NCBI GenBank assembly: GCA_965208615.1
Contig: CBDBPB010000001.1
Span: 385,429-449,428 of the forward strand
Length of the DNA: 64,000 nt
Direction of reading: 5' to 3'
From: Spirochaetota bacterium
GTDB taxonomy: Bacteria > Spirochaetota > UBA6919 > CBDBPB01
The position numbers and the translations under genes were made by a program. The notes under the pieces were generated by a model, which worked only from the letters and a program-made list of their open reading frames with translations, had not been told where the DNA came from and searched no databases. Below are positions 30,433-40,879 of the stretch, piece after piece; within the stretch, counting starts at the first letter, position 1; every line of letters starts with the position of its first letter.

Positions 30433-31554
30433 ATGGCATATGAGTTACTATATGAATGGCTTTTTTATAATACTGATTTATCATTTTTACGTTTATTTAA
30501 GTATATCACTTTTAGATCGGCTTATGCTATAATAACGTCTATTATTTTATCACTTATTATTGCTCCATGGTTAATCCGCTATTTACAAAAAAAGAAGATG
30601 GGACAGCAAATAAGAAAAGATGGACCTAAAACTCATTTAAACAAATCTGGTACTCCTACTATGGGAGGAATACTGATAATAGGTGTTATAAGTTTTTCTG
30701 TCTTATTCTGGGGACGTATAGATAATATTTATATATTGTTATTATTATTTACTATAGTTGGATTTGGTATTATCGGCTTTATTGATGATTATAAAAAGCT
30801 AATATTAAAAAATACTAAGGGACTTTCTATAAAAGAAAAACTTATATGGCAGACTATATTAGCTAGTATTATTAGTATTGCTTTATATATATATAATCAT
30901 GGCAATCTTCCAATATATATACCTTTTATTGATAAGCCGGTAGTTAATGATGTTACTAACTGGACTATTCCTCTTTATTTTTTCGATTTACCGCTATATA
31001 TTTTTTGGGGTATTATAGTTATAGTAATGTCATCCAATGCGGTTAATCTTACTGATGGATTAGATGGTCTTGCAATTGGGCTTTTAATATTTGTTGGTAT
31101 TGCTTTTGCAATACTATCCTATCTTTCTGGGCATACAAAGGTTGCAGAATACCTTAATATTGCTTTTGTCAAAGAGGCTAGTGAGCTTACGGTTTTTTGT
31201 GCCGCTCTTGTAGGTGCATCAATAGGGTTTTTGTGGTTTAACAGTCATCCAGCACAGGTTTTTATGGGAGATACTGGTTCACTATCCTTAGGGGGAGTTA
31301 TTGGCGTTTTAGCACTTATGCTAAAAAAGGAGTTCCTTCTTATAATCATTGGAGGAGTCTTTGTTATAGAGGCTATATCTGTTTTAATACAGATATTTTA
31401 TTATAAAAAAACAAAAAAAAGATATTTTAAAATGGCTCCTATACACCACCATTTTGAGTTATCGGGTTTACACGAGTCAAAGGTTATAATAAGGCTTTGG
31501 ATAATAGGAGCTATTCTTGGATTATTAGCATTATCAACGTTAAAGATTCAATAA
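30433..31554 (+). CDS. mraY: Phospho-N-acetylmuramoyl-pentapeptide transferase
   Basis: GTPTMGG, DDYKK, NAVNLTDGLDGL, FMGDTGS, MAPIHHHFE. Confidence 0.97.
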   Translation: MAYELLYEWLFYNTDLSFLRLFKYITFRSAYAIITSIILSLIIAPWLIRYLQKKKMGQQIRKDGPKTHLNKSGTPTMGGILIIGVISFSVLFWGRIDNIYILLLLFTIVGFGIIGFIDDYKKLILKNTKGLSIKEKLIWQTILASIISIALYIYNHGNLPIYIPFIDKPVVNDVTNWTIPLYFFDLPLYIFWGIIVIVMSSNAVNLTDGLDGLAIGLLIFVGIAFAILSYLSGHTKVAEYLNIAFVKEASELTVFCAALVGASIGFLWFNSHPAQVFMGDTGSLSLGGVIGVLALMLKKEFLLIIIGGVFVIEAISVLIQIFYYKKTKKRYFKMAPIHHHFELSGLHESKVIIRLWIIGAILGLLALSTLKIQ

Positions 31555-31766
31555 AATCATAAAGAAAAACAAATCTCATAGATATATTCTTATAAAGCAC
31601 TCTAGCAGGTTATTATAAAACACTCTAAACTAACTGCTAAACCATAAGTTACTAAAACTAAATAAACTGTAATCATTAATATTATGGCTATTTTTATGGG
31701 TCGCTTTTAGTTGACCTTATAAAATTACTTACACAAAAGCCTATAAGCCTTTCTAACTAATTTCGA

Positions 31767-31795
31767 TTGACTTTTTAACACATTATTGATAATTT
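31767..31795 (+). promoter_or_regulatory. Candidate sigma70 promoter for ilvE, TTGACT-N17-TAATTT with extended TG
   Basis: Hexamers at 31767-31772 and 31790-31795. Confidence 0.5.
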
Positions 31796-31833
31796 TGTCT
31801 AATCAAAACCAAATGTTAAATAGGACAAGCTAA

Positions 31834-32760
31834 ATGGACAATAGTCTAAAACAAGATTATGCCTACTTTGAAGGAAAAATTATAAAAACTAATGAGGCAA
31901 ATATTAGTATTAAAACTCATGCACTACAATATGGTACAGGGTGTTTCGGGGGGATAAGGGGGTATTGGAATAATAAACACAATCAGCTATACCTCTTTAG
32001 GCTAAGGGATCACTTTGAACGAATGCATCAGTCGGCTAAAGTGTTGATGATGAAGCCTAATAAGTCCATAGACGAGCTTATTGATATTACCATTAATCTT
32101 GTTAAAAAGAATAATTGGAAAGAGGATATTTATATACGTCCGTTTTTGTATAAGAGTTCCCTTAATCTATCCCCTAAGCTCCACGACATTCCTGATGATA
32201 TAGCTATTTATACAATACCATTAGGGGATTACCTCGACATTGATAACGGACTAAAAACTAAAATATCAAGCTGGATAAGGTTGTCTGATAATATGATCCC
32301 CACTCGATCAAAGGCATCAGGGGGATATATTAATTCTGCTTTGGCCAAGTCTGAGGCAATATTAGAGGGATACGATGAAGCTATATTTTTAGACAGTTTT
32401 GGTAATATATCAGAGGCCTCTGCCGCTAATATATTCATTGTTAGGCGTAATAAGCTTATAACTCCACCACTATGCGACTCTATATTAGAAGGTATTACTC
32501 GTCGTTCTTTGTTTGAGCTTGCAAATAACATTAATATAGACATTGAAGAGAGGAGTATTACAAGATCAGAGTTATATATTGCAGATGAGGCTTTTTTATG
32601 CGGAACAGGTGTTCAGGTTGCCTGGATAAAAGAAGTAGACAAGCGTATAGTCGGACAAGGGCAAATAGGTGATATAACTAATAAAATAAAAGAAAGCTTT
32701 TTTGATATAGTAACTGGGAATGATCCAACATATAAAAAATGGCTAACACCGATATATTAA
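31834..32760 (+). CDS. ilvE: Branched-chain amino acid aminotransferase (class IV)
   Basis: HALQYGTGCFGGIRGY, KASGGY, SEASAANIF, ILEGITR, DEAFLCGTG. Confidence 0.93.
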   Translation: MDNSLKQDYAYFEGKIIKTNEANISIKTHALQYGTGCFGGIRGYWNNKHNQLYLFRLRDHFERMHQSAKVLMMKPNKSIDELIDITINLVKKNNWKEDIYIRPFLYKSSLNLSPKLHDIPDDIAIYTIPLGDYLDIDNGLKTKISSWIRLSDNMIPTRSKASGGYINSALAKSEAILEGYDEAIFLDSFGNISEASAANIFIVRRNKLITPPLCDSILEGITRRSLFELANNINIDIEERSITRSELYIADEAFLCGTGVQVAWIKEVDKRIVGQGQIGDITNKIKESFFDIVTGNDPTYKKWLTPIY

Positions 32761-32832
32761 AAAGTTATCTTTTTGTTGACTCATAAATAATTCTTCGCTA
32801 ATTTTAGATTATAACCCATTAAAAGAGAACAC

Positions 32833-33948
32833 ATGAATAGCCCAAATGATGTCCACAAAGAGAATAGTAAAAAAACATTAAACAAAATTAAGAAACTCAT
32901 TAAGCAAAATAATGCTAAGGCTGTGGATGAGCTTATTTTATTGCTTAAAGATAACTCCCATATAGTAAACAAAAAGGCTATATATGCTCTTATCCAAATA
33001 GGTAATAAAAATATAGACTCATTAATTCGTGCCATTGGACATAGTAATAAAAAGATACGTCATTTTTCTGCTTTTATAATTAGCAAACTTGGCGATAGAG
33101 CAATAGAACCTCTATTAGAGAGCCTTAGTGTTAATAATAGTTCTGACGTTATTGACAAGGTAATAAAAGAGACTATTGAGCCATTAGTTAATGCTCTATC
33201 CAGTAATAAGACTGCATTAAAAAGACGTTCAGCATCAATATTGAGAAGGATTAGTAAGAATACCAAAAAGTTATTATTACAAGCCCTTGTCCATAAAGAC
33301 CCAGAAGTACATAAGCAGTCAGTCCGCATATTAGACTTGCTGTGCAACTATGCTGTTATACCCCTTATGACGGCTTTAGAACATGAAGAGGACAATATAA
33401 AACAACAGGCTGATGACGTTTTAAAAGAACTAGGAGAAAAGGCCGTTAAACCCCTAATTGCGGCAATGGATAATGAAAATGATTGGATTAGAGAAAGAGC
33501 CGCCTTTATCCTAAGTAAAATGGGGAACTATGTTATTATCCACTTGTTAGACTGCCTTAAAAGCGATAATGAATGGGTAAGAGTTGGATCAGAATATGCA
33601 TTAGCCAATATGGACTATAATAACCTTGATCTACAGCTTATTAAGGCATTAAAGAATAGCGATAAACGAGTACGGATGAGTGTTGCAAGGATATTAGGCG
33701 AAATTAATATACACAATGACAACATAATAAATGCTTTGATTTGTGCCTTAAGGGATAAGGATAAAGAAGTAAGGTGTAATGCGGCTGAGTCTTTAGGATT
33801 TATAGGTAATAAGAGTGCAATTAACCCCTTAATAGCTCTATACAAAAGAGAACAGTTTGGAGAGGCATTTATTATTGAAGGTGCCCTTCTTAGATTAGGA
33901 GTTTCTCATAATAAGCTGAAAGAACTCTCATTGACATCTAATAAATAA
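32833..33948 (+). CDS. HEAT/PBS-lyase-like repeat protein
   Basis: Repeated A..PL..AL...D..VR..AA..LG pattern. Confidence 0.88.
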   Translation: MNSPNDVHKENSKKTLNKIKKLIKQNNAKAVDELILLLKDNSHIVNKKAIYALIQIGNKNIDSLIRAIGHSNKKIRHFSAFIISKLGDRAIEPLLESLSVNNSSDVIDKVIKETIEPLVNALSSNKTALKRRSASILRRISKNTKKLLLQALVHKDPEVHKQSVRILDLLCNYAVIPLMTALEHEEDNIKQQADDVLKELGEKAVKPLIAAMDNENDWIRERAAFILSKMGNYVIIHLLDCLKSDNEWVRVGSEYALANMDYNNLDLQLIKALKNSDKRVRMSVARILGEINIHNDNIINALICALRDKDKEVRCNAAESLGFIGNKSAINPLIALYKREQFGEAFIIEGALLRLGVSHNKLKELSLTSNK

Positions 33949-33985
33949 TAAGCATAGGCCTACAAAAGCTCTTTCTAATAAGAAC

Positions 33986-34219
33986 TTATGCTTGTATTAT
34001 ACCATTTAATTCTGGTATTCTTTCTTTTAGATGAGCTTCTACCCCTAACTTTAATGTGTATATTGCACTTGGACAAGTTCCACATGCACCCAAAAGACGT
34101 ACTTTTGCTTTATTATCCTCTAATCCAAGATATTCAATATCTCCTCCGTCCATTTGAAGTCGTGGACGTATTTCTTCAATAACTTCCTTTACTTGATCAT
34201 CCATAGTTTTTTGTGACAT
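33986..34219 (-). CDS. NifU-like (Nfu domain) Fe-S carrier
   Basis: IRPRLQMDGGD, GACGTCP; ATG at 34219 follows SD GGAGG. Confidence 0.92.
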   Translation of the reverse strand: MSQKTMDDQVKEVIEEIRPRLQMDGGDIEYLGLEDNKAKVRLLGACGTCPSAIYTLKLGVEAHLKERIPELNGIIQA

Positions 34220-34394
34220 ATAAACCTCCAACTTAAAGTTAAACCTATCTCAATAATAATTATAAAATAAGATTTTGGCAATATACTAAGACAAATATAT
34301 TATATATGTTAAGGCAAAATTATAAACATTATTGATTTTTATAACAAAAATGTTAACTTTAGCTATAGACAATAACAAATGGGAGACAATAACT

Positions 34395-34793
34395 GTGAAA
34401 AAAAATACATCTACTAATAAGCTATTTATATTAGTATTGACTTTTATTATATCCTGTGGGGGAGTAGAGTTATCAAAAGAAGAGCTTAATAGTCCAGATA
34501 GGCTTTTGGATAAAGGACGACAATACTTCTTTGATGAAGAATATAATAACGCTATTCATGTTTTTAAAATTATACTTAAAAAGTTCCCTGATAGAACATA
34601 TAGTGTAGCATGGGCTCAATATGAGATTGGTATGGCACACTATTTAAATGGTGATATTGACGAAGCAAGAAAGGCTTTTGAGATAGTACTAAAAAAATAT
34701 AAAAAGCCTTCACAGCCAAGAATACTGTCATTAAGGCTAATAAGAAAGATTGACCAAGGTGATGAACACAAAAGAACAAGCTATTTTGATTAA
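34395..34793 (+). CDS. Small TPR lipoprotein (BamD/YbgF-like repeat)
   Basis: Probable GTG start at 34395 after GGGAG; lipobox IISC; TPR helices. Confidence 0.78.
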   Translation: MKKNTSTNKLFILVLTFIISCGGVELSKEELNSPDRLLDKGRQYFFDEEYNNAIHVFKIILKKFPDRTYSVAWAQYEIGMAHYLNGDIDEARKAFEIVLKKYKKPSQPRILSLRLIRKIDQGDEHKRTSYFD

Positions 34794-34818
34794 TATACCT
34801 AATAAATAGGGTAGCATT

Positions 34819-35472
34819 ATAAATAAACAAAAATATTATGCCATACTGTTTGACCTTGATGGTACTTTGGTAGACTCAAAAAAAGATCTTGCATTATCTG
34901 TTAACAAAACTCTTTCTAAGCTTAAACTTAATAATCTAGCTGAAGAGCTTGTTATAAGTTTTATTGGAGAGGGACTTAATAATCTGCTGACTATGTCAAT
35001 AAAGCAAGCTACTAAACAGGATCCCAGGCTTTTAATTGATGATGCCGTAAAAATATTTAAAGGCTATTATAAAAATCATCTGCTGGATAATACATACTGC
35101 TACCGGGGAGTGATAGATACATTAAAACAGCTTTCTAAGTTTAAAAAAGGAATTGTTACCAATAAATACAAAGAGTTTGCACTGGATATACTAAAAGGAC
35201 TAAATATAGACTCATATTTTTCTGTAGTACTTGGTGGAGATGATGTTAATCATAAAAAGCCTGATCCTGAAATGATTAATAAGGCTCTTTTGGCTATGAA
35301 AGTAGATAAGCAAAAAGCCATAATCATTGGGGATAGCTTTGCTGATATAGAATCCGCTAATAATGCGGGAATAGATAGTTGCTTTGTTAGCTATGGTATT
35401 GGTAAACTAAAAGATGTTAAGCCGCTGTTTAGCGTATCTGACATAAGGGATATTATTAATATCCTAGAATAG
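34819..35472 (+). CDS. HAD-family phosphatase (phosphoglycolate phosphatase-like)
   Basis: Motif I ILFDLDGTL lies upstream of the ORF-track start; VTNK, KKPDP and IGDS..D follow. Start inferred at ATA 34819. Confidence 0.82.
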   Translation: MNKQKYYAILFDLDGTLVDSKKDLALSVNKTLSKLKLNNLAEELVISFIGEGLNNLLTMSIKQATKQDPRLLIDDAVKIFKGYYKNHLLDNTYCYRGVIDTLKQLSKFKKGIVTNKYKEFALDILKGLNIDSYFSVVLGGDDVNHKKPDPEMINKALLAMKVDKQKAIIIGDSFADIESANNAGIDSCFVSYGIGKLKDVKPLFSVSDIRDIINILE

Positions 35473-35493
35473 CATTTTCATCTAAAATAATGT

Positions 35494-36123
35494 TTACTTC
35501 AAAAAGCCAGAAAACTCATAAAATAATAGTCCACCTTCTGATACCTCAAGACTAGCATATCCTTTATCAGCCATCTTCTTTAGGATTTGTTCTGCCTCTT
35601 CAACAGATAGACTACTCTCAACTGCAACTTCTACTGGGGTTATTTTACCGTTATACTTTTTAGCAGCTAATAAGACCTCTTTCTCTTTTGCTTGTTCGGT
35701 TTGTGTGGGCATAACTATTTGCTTTGGAGTACGTTGATTTAAGTCATACTGATTCTCACCTGGCTGACTTGGTCTTGTAAGGAATACAAGAGCCAAAATT
35801 GAGTAAGCTAATAAAAATATATAGTCACTTTGATACCGTAAAAAAACGTATGCAGTAACACATACAGTAATTAAAGCTATTAATAATATATAGCCACTTT
35901 GATTAATGTCATGGAGTCGTCTTACTGTTACAGCTAAAGTTGGTATCAGGATAGCTATAGTATAAATTATGTATAGTGATTCTACTGAGTCAATTAATTG
36001 ACCAAGTATATAAAGAGAAATGTAAAATATTGTATTAAATAACATAAAAAACCAATATTCTTTACGTCCAGCTCTTCCTTTAAATACTGCATACTTTTTA
36101 AGAACGTCAAAATACCAATTCAT
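35494..36123 (-). CDS. DUF805 (YhaH-like) membrane protein with an extra C-terminal winged-helix-like domain
   Basis: MNWY..VLKKYAVF.GRA.RKEYW, VRRLHD, GENQY, followed by a 65-aa shared module. Confidence 0.88.
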   Translation of the reverse strand: MNWYFDVLKKYAVFKGRAGRKEYWFFMLFNTIFYISLYILGQLIDSVESLYIIYTIAILIPTLAVTVRRLHDINQSGYILLIALITVCVTAYVFLRYQSDYIFLLAYSILALVFLTRPSQPGENQYDLNQRTPKQIVMPTQTEQAKEKEVLLAAKKYNGKITPVEVAVESSLSVEEAEQILKKMADKGYASLEVSEGGLLFYEFSGFLK

Positions 36124-36466
36124 AATTGCTACTCCTACAATAAAAATTAACTATATGTTATTGTGTAAAACATACCATTAAAAATAGCACAATTAATACA
36201 TAAATCAAAAAATATTAGTATAGAAGTGGTTTTTTACTATAAAAATAATCATATTAGCTAAGACAATATCTACTTCAAAAAACCAGAAAACTCATAAAAT
36301 AATAGTCCACCTTCTGATACCTCAAGACTAGCATATCCTTTATCAGCCATCTTCTTTAGGATTTGTTCTGCCTCTTCAACAGATAGATTGCTCTCAACTG
36401 CAACTTCTACTGGAGTTATTTTACCGTTATACTTTTTAGCCGCTAATAAGACCTCTTTTTCTTTTG
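35494..36466. repeat. 197-bp direct repeat (35494-35690 and 36270-36466) encoding a shared C-terminal domain
   Basis: 7 mismatches by manual alignment, only one changing an amino acid. Confidence 0.93.
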
Positions 36467-36719
36467 TTTTTGCTGTTGAAATCTTTTTAGATTTATTAGC
36501 AATAATTTGTTCATGATTAGAAAATCCCTTTAGCATAGTAAGGTTAGCGTTATTTACTTGTTTTTTCATGGTAAATAAATCGATAAACCAACCAATAAAA
36601 AATCCTCCACAAGTAAAAAAATAAAATATACCCATGCCTATTCTATTAAGATAGAACTTATGTAAACCCCAAAATCCAAAGAAAAACCATAATAAATATG
36701 CTACAGTTAAGTCTTTCAT
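36270..36719 (-). CDS. TM2-domain protein with C-terminal winged-helix-like domain
   Basis: AYLLWFFFG..GLHKFYL...G...F.T.G.F.IGW.ID, followed by the shared module. Confidence 0.88.
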   Translation of the reverse strand: MKDLTVAYLLWFFFGFWGLHKFYLNRIGMGIFYFFTCGGFFIGWFIDLFTMKKQVNNANLTMLKGFSNHEQIIANKSKKISTAKTKEKEVLLAAKKYNGKITPVEVAVESNLSVEEAEQILKKMADKGYASLEVSEGGLLFYEFSGFLK

Positions 36720-36950
36720 AAGAATCTCCTAAATTATACCATTTAAAAAAGTATAATAATCTTACCTTGAATTTTAATTTTACTAAAAAATAACATTGTC
36801 AACGTAAAAACTTAATCAATTTTTTATTTTACTATTTTTTAATACCAGATTATAGTATAATATATTGAAAGGCATAGTTATTTAATAACTCTAAGAAAAA
36901 ATTATTCTAAAAAATATATTTCAACATAACTAAAATAAGGAGTGTTAATT

Positions 36951-37196
36951 ATGACTCTAGTTAATATACAAGTTGAAAATCTTTCTAAGGATGTAAGCAA
37001 TATAGAACTGCAAAAAGCTTTTGAAAGCTATGGTGAGTTAGAATCTGTAAACATAATTAAAGAGGGAGATAAACCAAAAAATATAGCATTTGTAGTGATG
37101 AAACTGCAACGAGAGGCAAAAGCCGCTATTAACGGACTTAATAATACTAAGATACAGGGATCTAATATTAAAGTCTTTGAAGTTCCGTCGTATTAG
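36951..37196 (+). CDS. RRM RNA-binding protein
   Basis: RNP2-like IQVENL, RNP1-like NIAFVVM, AINGLN; SD AAGGAG before ATG 36951. Confidence 0.85.
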   Translation: MTLVNIQVENLSKDVSNIELQKAFESYGELESVNIIKEGDKPKNIAFVVMKLQREAKAAINGLNNTKIQGSNIKVFEVPSY

Positions 37197-37270
37197 TAGT
37201 ACTGATCTTTGGACTAGCTAATTTCTTTGAATAGAACAATGCTTAATAATAGCAAAACCTTATCAAAATA

Positions 37271-39061
37271 CTAACTGCTTGGAAGCTGAGGATAACTAGA
37301 TATAGACTTCTCACTAGAAAGCTTAAACTGACTTAATAGCTTTTCTAACTCTAATATATTATTATCATTTTGAGAGCCTGCTAATGCAATATCTTCTACA
37401 GAATCAAGAAGTTGATCAATTCCTAAGCTGGTCTCTTCTACACGATTACTTGCTTTCTTAGAAATAGATTGCACTTGATCCATGAAAATAGAAATACTAT
37501 TAATTTTACCCTCTATATCATTATAAGAGGATTTAACGTTATCCGTAATTTGATTTAGATTTTCCAAAGACTTAATAATCTGATAGCTACCAGTAGATAA
37601 CTCCTGCATACCAGTTTTCATCTCTAACATACTATCAGAAACCTCTTTAATGGTTAATACAATACTAGTAAAAATCTTACCTGTATTATTGGTAGAGTTT
37701 TCTGACTGGTGAATAAGACCAATTACCTCTTTTAAGGACTTTGATATTTCCTGAGAGTTTTTTCCAGTAGTCTCAGCAAGCTTTCTTATCTCATCAGCAA
37801 CAACTGCAAAACCTTTTCCATAATCTCCTGCATGTGCGGCTTCTATTGCGGCATTCATAGCCAAAAGATTAGTCTGTTCGGAAATACCGTTAATAACGTT
37901 AATCATATCCATAATAAGGTGTGCAGAACTGGCTACTTTTTTAATAATATCCACTGTACCCTTCATCTCCGACTCGCCATAAGCTGCACTATTTTTTAGC
38001 TCATAGACAAGAGATAGCTTATCCTCTGACTCTTTGGCTATATTTTGGATAGATGAAGACATCTCTTCTATAGAGGCAGAGGATTCACTTAAAGCCACTG
38101 CCTGAGAACTAATTAAGTTTTTTACATTATTGATTACCTCATTAGTATCCGTAGTAACAGTATTAGACCTGCTAATCTCTTTATCAAGATGTACAACTTC
38201 TTCTTTCATTCCATCAGTATTGACTTTTATTTCTTCCAAAGCGGCTGTGGACTCTTCAGTATTTGTAGCTAAGTTTTCGCTAAATATTTTTGCTTTATCA
38301 GCTACAGACTTAACTATTAATATAGTATCAGTTAGTGAGTCTATAAAGTTATTAAAATAGCTAGACAGCTTACCCACCTCGTCATTAGACCTTATAGACA
38401 GTTTTTGGGTTAAGTCACCTTTATCATGGGCTATATTTTTTAATATAATACTTGTTTCAGATATTGGTTTACTAATGGTTCTAGCAATAAGATAACTTAT
38501 AAGTCCTCCGACCAAGAGAATAATAATAATCGTTATAACAAAAATGAGGTTTATGTTTGACCTTATATAACTAAATATACTATCAACACTATATATGGCC
38601 ATAAGATCATTCTTTAGTTTAGTGTATTTATTTGTTATTTCAGTAATAGAGGGCTTAAGCTTTTCTTGTATATTATTTTCATTAGTTTTTTGTTTAGCCT
38701 TATTAATATAATCAAATTGCTTGTTTGTTTTGTCTATTGTTGTTAGAGCTTGTTTAAGCTTAAGAGTTTCACTTTTATTTGAACTAGCCATAACCTCTTT
38801 TAAATTAGTTTTAACTTTATTTAAATATTTGTTATACTGTCGTTTATTTTTCAGACTATTTTTTTTGGTTTTAATAATATTATTTCCTTCACGCTCCATA
38901 TCTACTAAACCATGCATTGCTTTTACAAGTTTATGTTTACTATTGAAGTGGTTTACCATTAAAAACAGTATAATGGATAAAGTAAATAAAAGTATTAAGA
39001 ATAAATAAAAACCAGATAAAATCTTATTTTGTATTGTAATACTCTTAAACCAGTTAAACAT
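37271..39061 (-). CDS. Methyl-accepting chemotaxis protein
   Basis: Two TM segments, [40 protein letters not shown]. Confidence 0.96.
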   Translation of the reverse strand: MFNWFKSITIQNKILSGFYLFLILLFTLSIILFLMVNHFNSKHKLVKAMHGLVDMEREGNNIIKTKKNSLKNKRQYNKYLNKVKTNLKEVMASSNKSETLKLKQALTTIDKTNKQFDYINKAKQKTNENNIQEKLKPSITEITNKYTKLKNDLMAIYSVDSIFSYIRSNINLIFVITIIIILLVGGLISYLIARTISKPISETSIILKNIAHDKGDLTQKLSIRSNDEVGKLSSYFNNFIDSLTDTILIVKSVADKAKIFSENLATNTEESTAALEEIKVNTDGMKEEVVHLDKEISRSNTVTTDTNEVINNVKNLISSQAVALSESSASIEEMSSSIQNIAKESEDKLSLVYELKNSAAYGESEMKGTVDIIKKVASSAHLIMDMINVINGISEQTNLLAMNAAIEAAHAGDYGKGFAVVADEIRKLAETTGKNSQEISKSLKEVIGLIHQSENSTNNTGKIFTSIVLTIKEVSDSMLEMKTGMQELSTGSYQIIKSLENLNQITDNVKSSYNDIEGKINSISIFMDQVQSISKKASNRVEETSLGIDQLLDSVEDIALAGSQNDNNILELEKLLSQFKLSSEKSISSYPQLPSS

Positions 39062-39334
39062 TAAACCTCCGAGTATATATTAAAGATTATTATTGAGTTT
39101 TTAAAAAATTATAATAATAAATCAATAGGTCAATAGCCATTTATTTAAAGTTCAAATTAACATAAACTTTATTTTTTTTATATTTGACATAATAGGTACA
39201 GGTTAAATCATAATATCCTTAATATTATAGCATTTTTAACCAACTTATTAGAATTATAAATAACAATATTATTATTTGTATATTATATTTAACTAGCATA
39301 GAGGGCTAAATATAGTCATAAAAACGGAGTTGTT

Positions 39335-40843
39335 ATGAAAGCTATATTATTTTATATATTTTCATATATTGTACTAACAATATATGGTGTAGAAGTTTGT
39401 CCCTATTTGGATGGGCTTGGATTTTACGCTACTGCAATTAATCTCCTTATATTTTTTATAATTACTTTTATAATTCGTATTGCCTTAATAAAAAAGGTAG
39501 TATACTCTGCACCATTAGGGGTTCAGCCTAATAGACAGCTTGCTTTTGACTTAGGCCTATTTATATTTACTGGAATAGCTATAGGAGTTTATGATAGTAT
39601 TTATCTTGGCTTTCCTGTTGAAAGTGCTCTTAAAGTAATTCTTGGTACTACTACTTTGGGATTCTTTGCATCCCTTGATCTTGTTTTCGAGCGAGAAAGA
39701 TATATAATTAAAAAAATACAGAACTCAAGGGAAACATTTACTAATAATAGTTCTAAGTTTTTTTCTCTTCCAAAAAAGTTTGCAATAGTATCATTGTTTT
39801 TAGCAGTTTTTATATCCTCCATTTTATTACTATTGGTTATTAAGGATTTTGTGTGGCTAGCTAAAAACGTTAATGCTAAAGGTATTAATGTTGCTCAAGC
39901 TGATGTTATTAAAGAAATTATATTTGCCGCTATTATAATCTTTGGCTTAGCTATTAATCTTATTATATCCTATTCAAGAAATCTTAAACTATATTTTAGT
40001 AGCGAGACTATGGTGCTTGAAAATGTATCCAACGGTGATTTAAATGGTTATGTTCCCATTTTTACTAATGATGAGTTTGGACTTATTGCTCATCATACAA
40101 ACTATATGATTGATGGACTTAAAGAAAAAGAACGTATTAAAAATATATTTGGAAAAGTTGTTAGCCCAGAAATTGCAAAAAGACTTATAGACGAAGGTGA
40201 AACCAGAATGGGCGGAACTAGAAAAACTCTAGTAATACTGTTTTCTGATATACGTAACTTCACTAGCCTCGCTGAGAATACAGAACCTGAGATATTAGTA
40301 CAGAATTTAAATTTATATTTTTCTAAAATGGTAGAAATTATTACTAATTGTAATGGTCTGGTGGATAAGTTTATTGGAGATGGCATATTAGCAGTCTTTG
40401 GACTAGAAAATGAAAGTACTAGTGTTAATAATGCTGTTGAAGCCTCAATTAAAATGCAGATGGCTGTTAAAAACCTAAAAAATGATCTTAATATTAGTAT
40501 GGGTATAGGACTACACAAAGGAGAGCTAATAGCAGGCATTATTGGATCTCCAGATCGTCTTGAGTTCTCTTTTATAGGAGATGTTGTTAATACTGCTTCA
40601 AGAATTGAGGGTATGACCAGACAACTACAAACTGATATACTTATCTCTAAAGAGATTAAAGAAGAATTATCCCCTAATATGAAGTTATTACCGTGGAAGG
40701 ATTTTGGTGTTCAATCTTTAAAAGGAAAAAAGTATGAAACTAGGTTATTTGGAATTCCAAAACATTTATCTGAAAAAGAAAAAGATTATATAGACCAGCT
40801 TTTTTTGTCGACCTCTTATAATAGTGAAATCTTTACTGTTTAA
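39335..40843 (+). CDS. Membrane class III adenylate/guanylate cyclase with HAMP
   Basis: Six TM segments, HAMP, LFSDIRNFT, DKFIGDG, GDVVNTASRIE. Confidence 0.93.
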   Translation: MKAILFYIFSYIVLTIYGVEVCPYLDGLGFYATAINLLIFFIITFIIRIALIKKVVYSAPLGVQPNRQLAFDLGLFIFTGIAIGVYDSIYLGFPVESALKVILGTTTLGFFASLDLVFERERYIIKKIQNSRETFTNNSSKFFSLPKKFAIVSLFLAVFISSILLLLVIKDFVWLAKNVNAKGINVAQADVIKEIIFAAIIIFGLAINLIISYSRNLKLYFSSETMVLENVSNGDLNGYVPIFTNDEFGLIAHHTNYMIDGLKEKERIKNIFGKVVSPEIAKRLIDEGETRMGGTRKTLVILFSDIRNFTSLAENTEPEILVQNLNLYFSKMVEIITNCNGLVDKFIGDGILAVFGLENESTSVNNAVEASIKMQMAVKNLKNDLNISMGIGLHKGELIAGIIGSPDRLEFSFIGDVVNTASRIEGMTRQLQTDILISKEIKEELSPNMKLLPWKDFGVQSLKGKKYETRLFGIPKHLSEKEKDYIDQLFLSTSYNSEIFTV

Positions 40844-40879
40844 TTAAGTATTATAGATAAATCATTTATAGGGAAGAAA

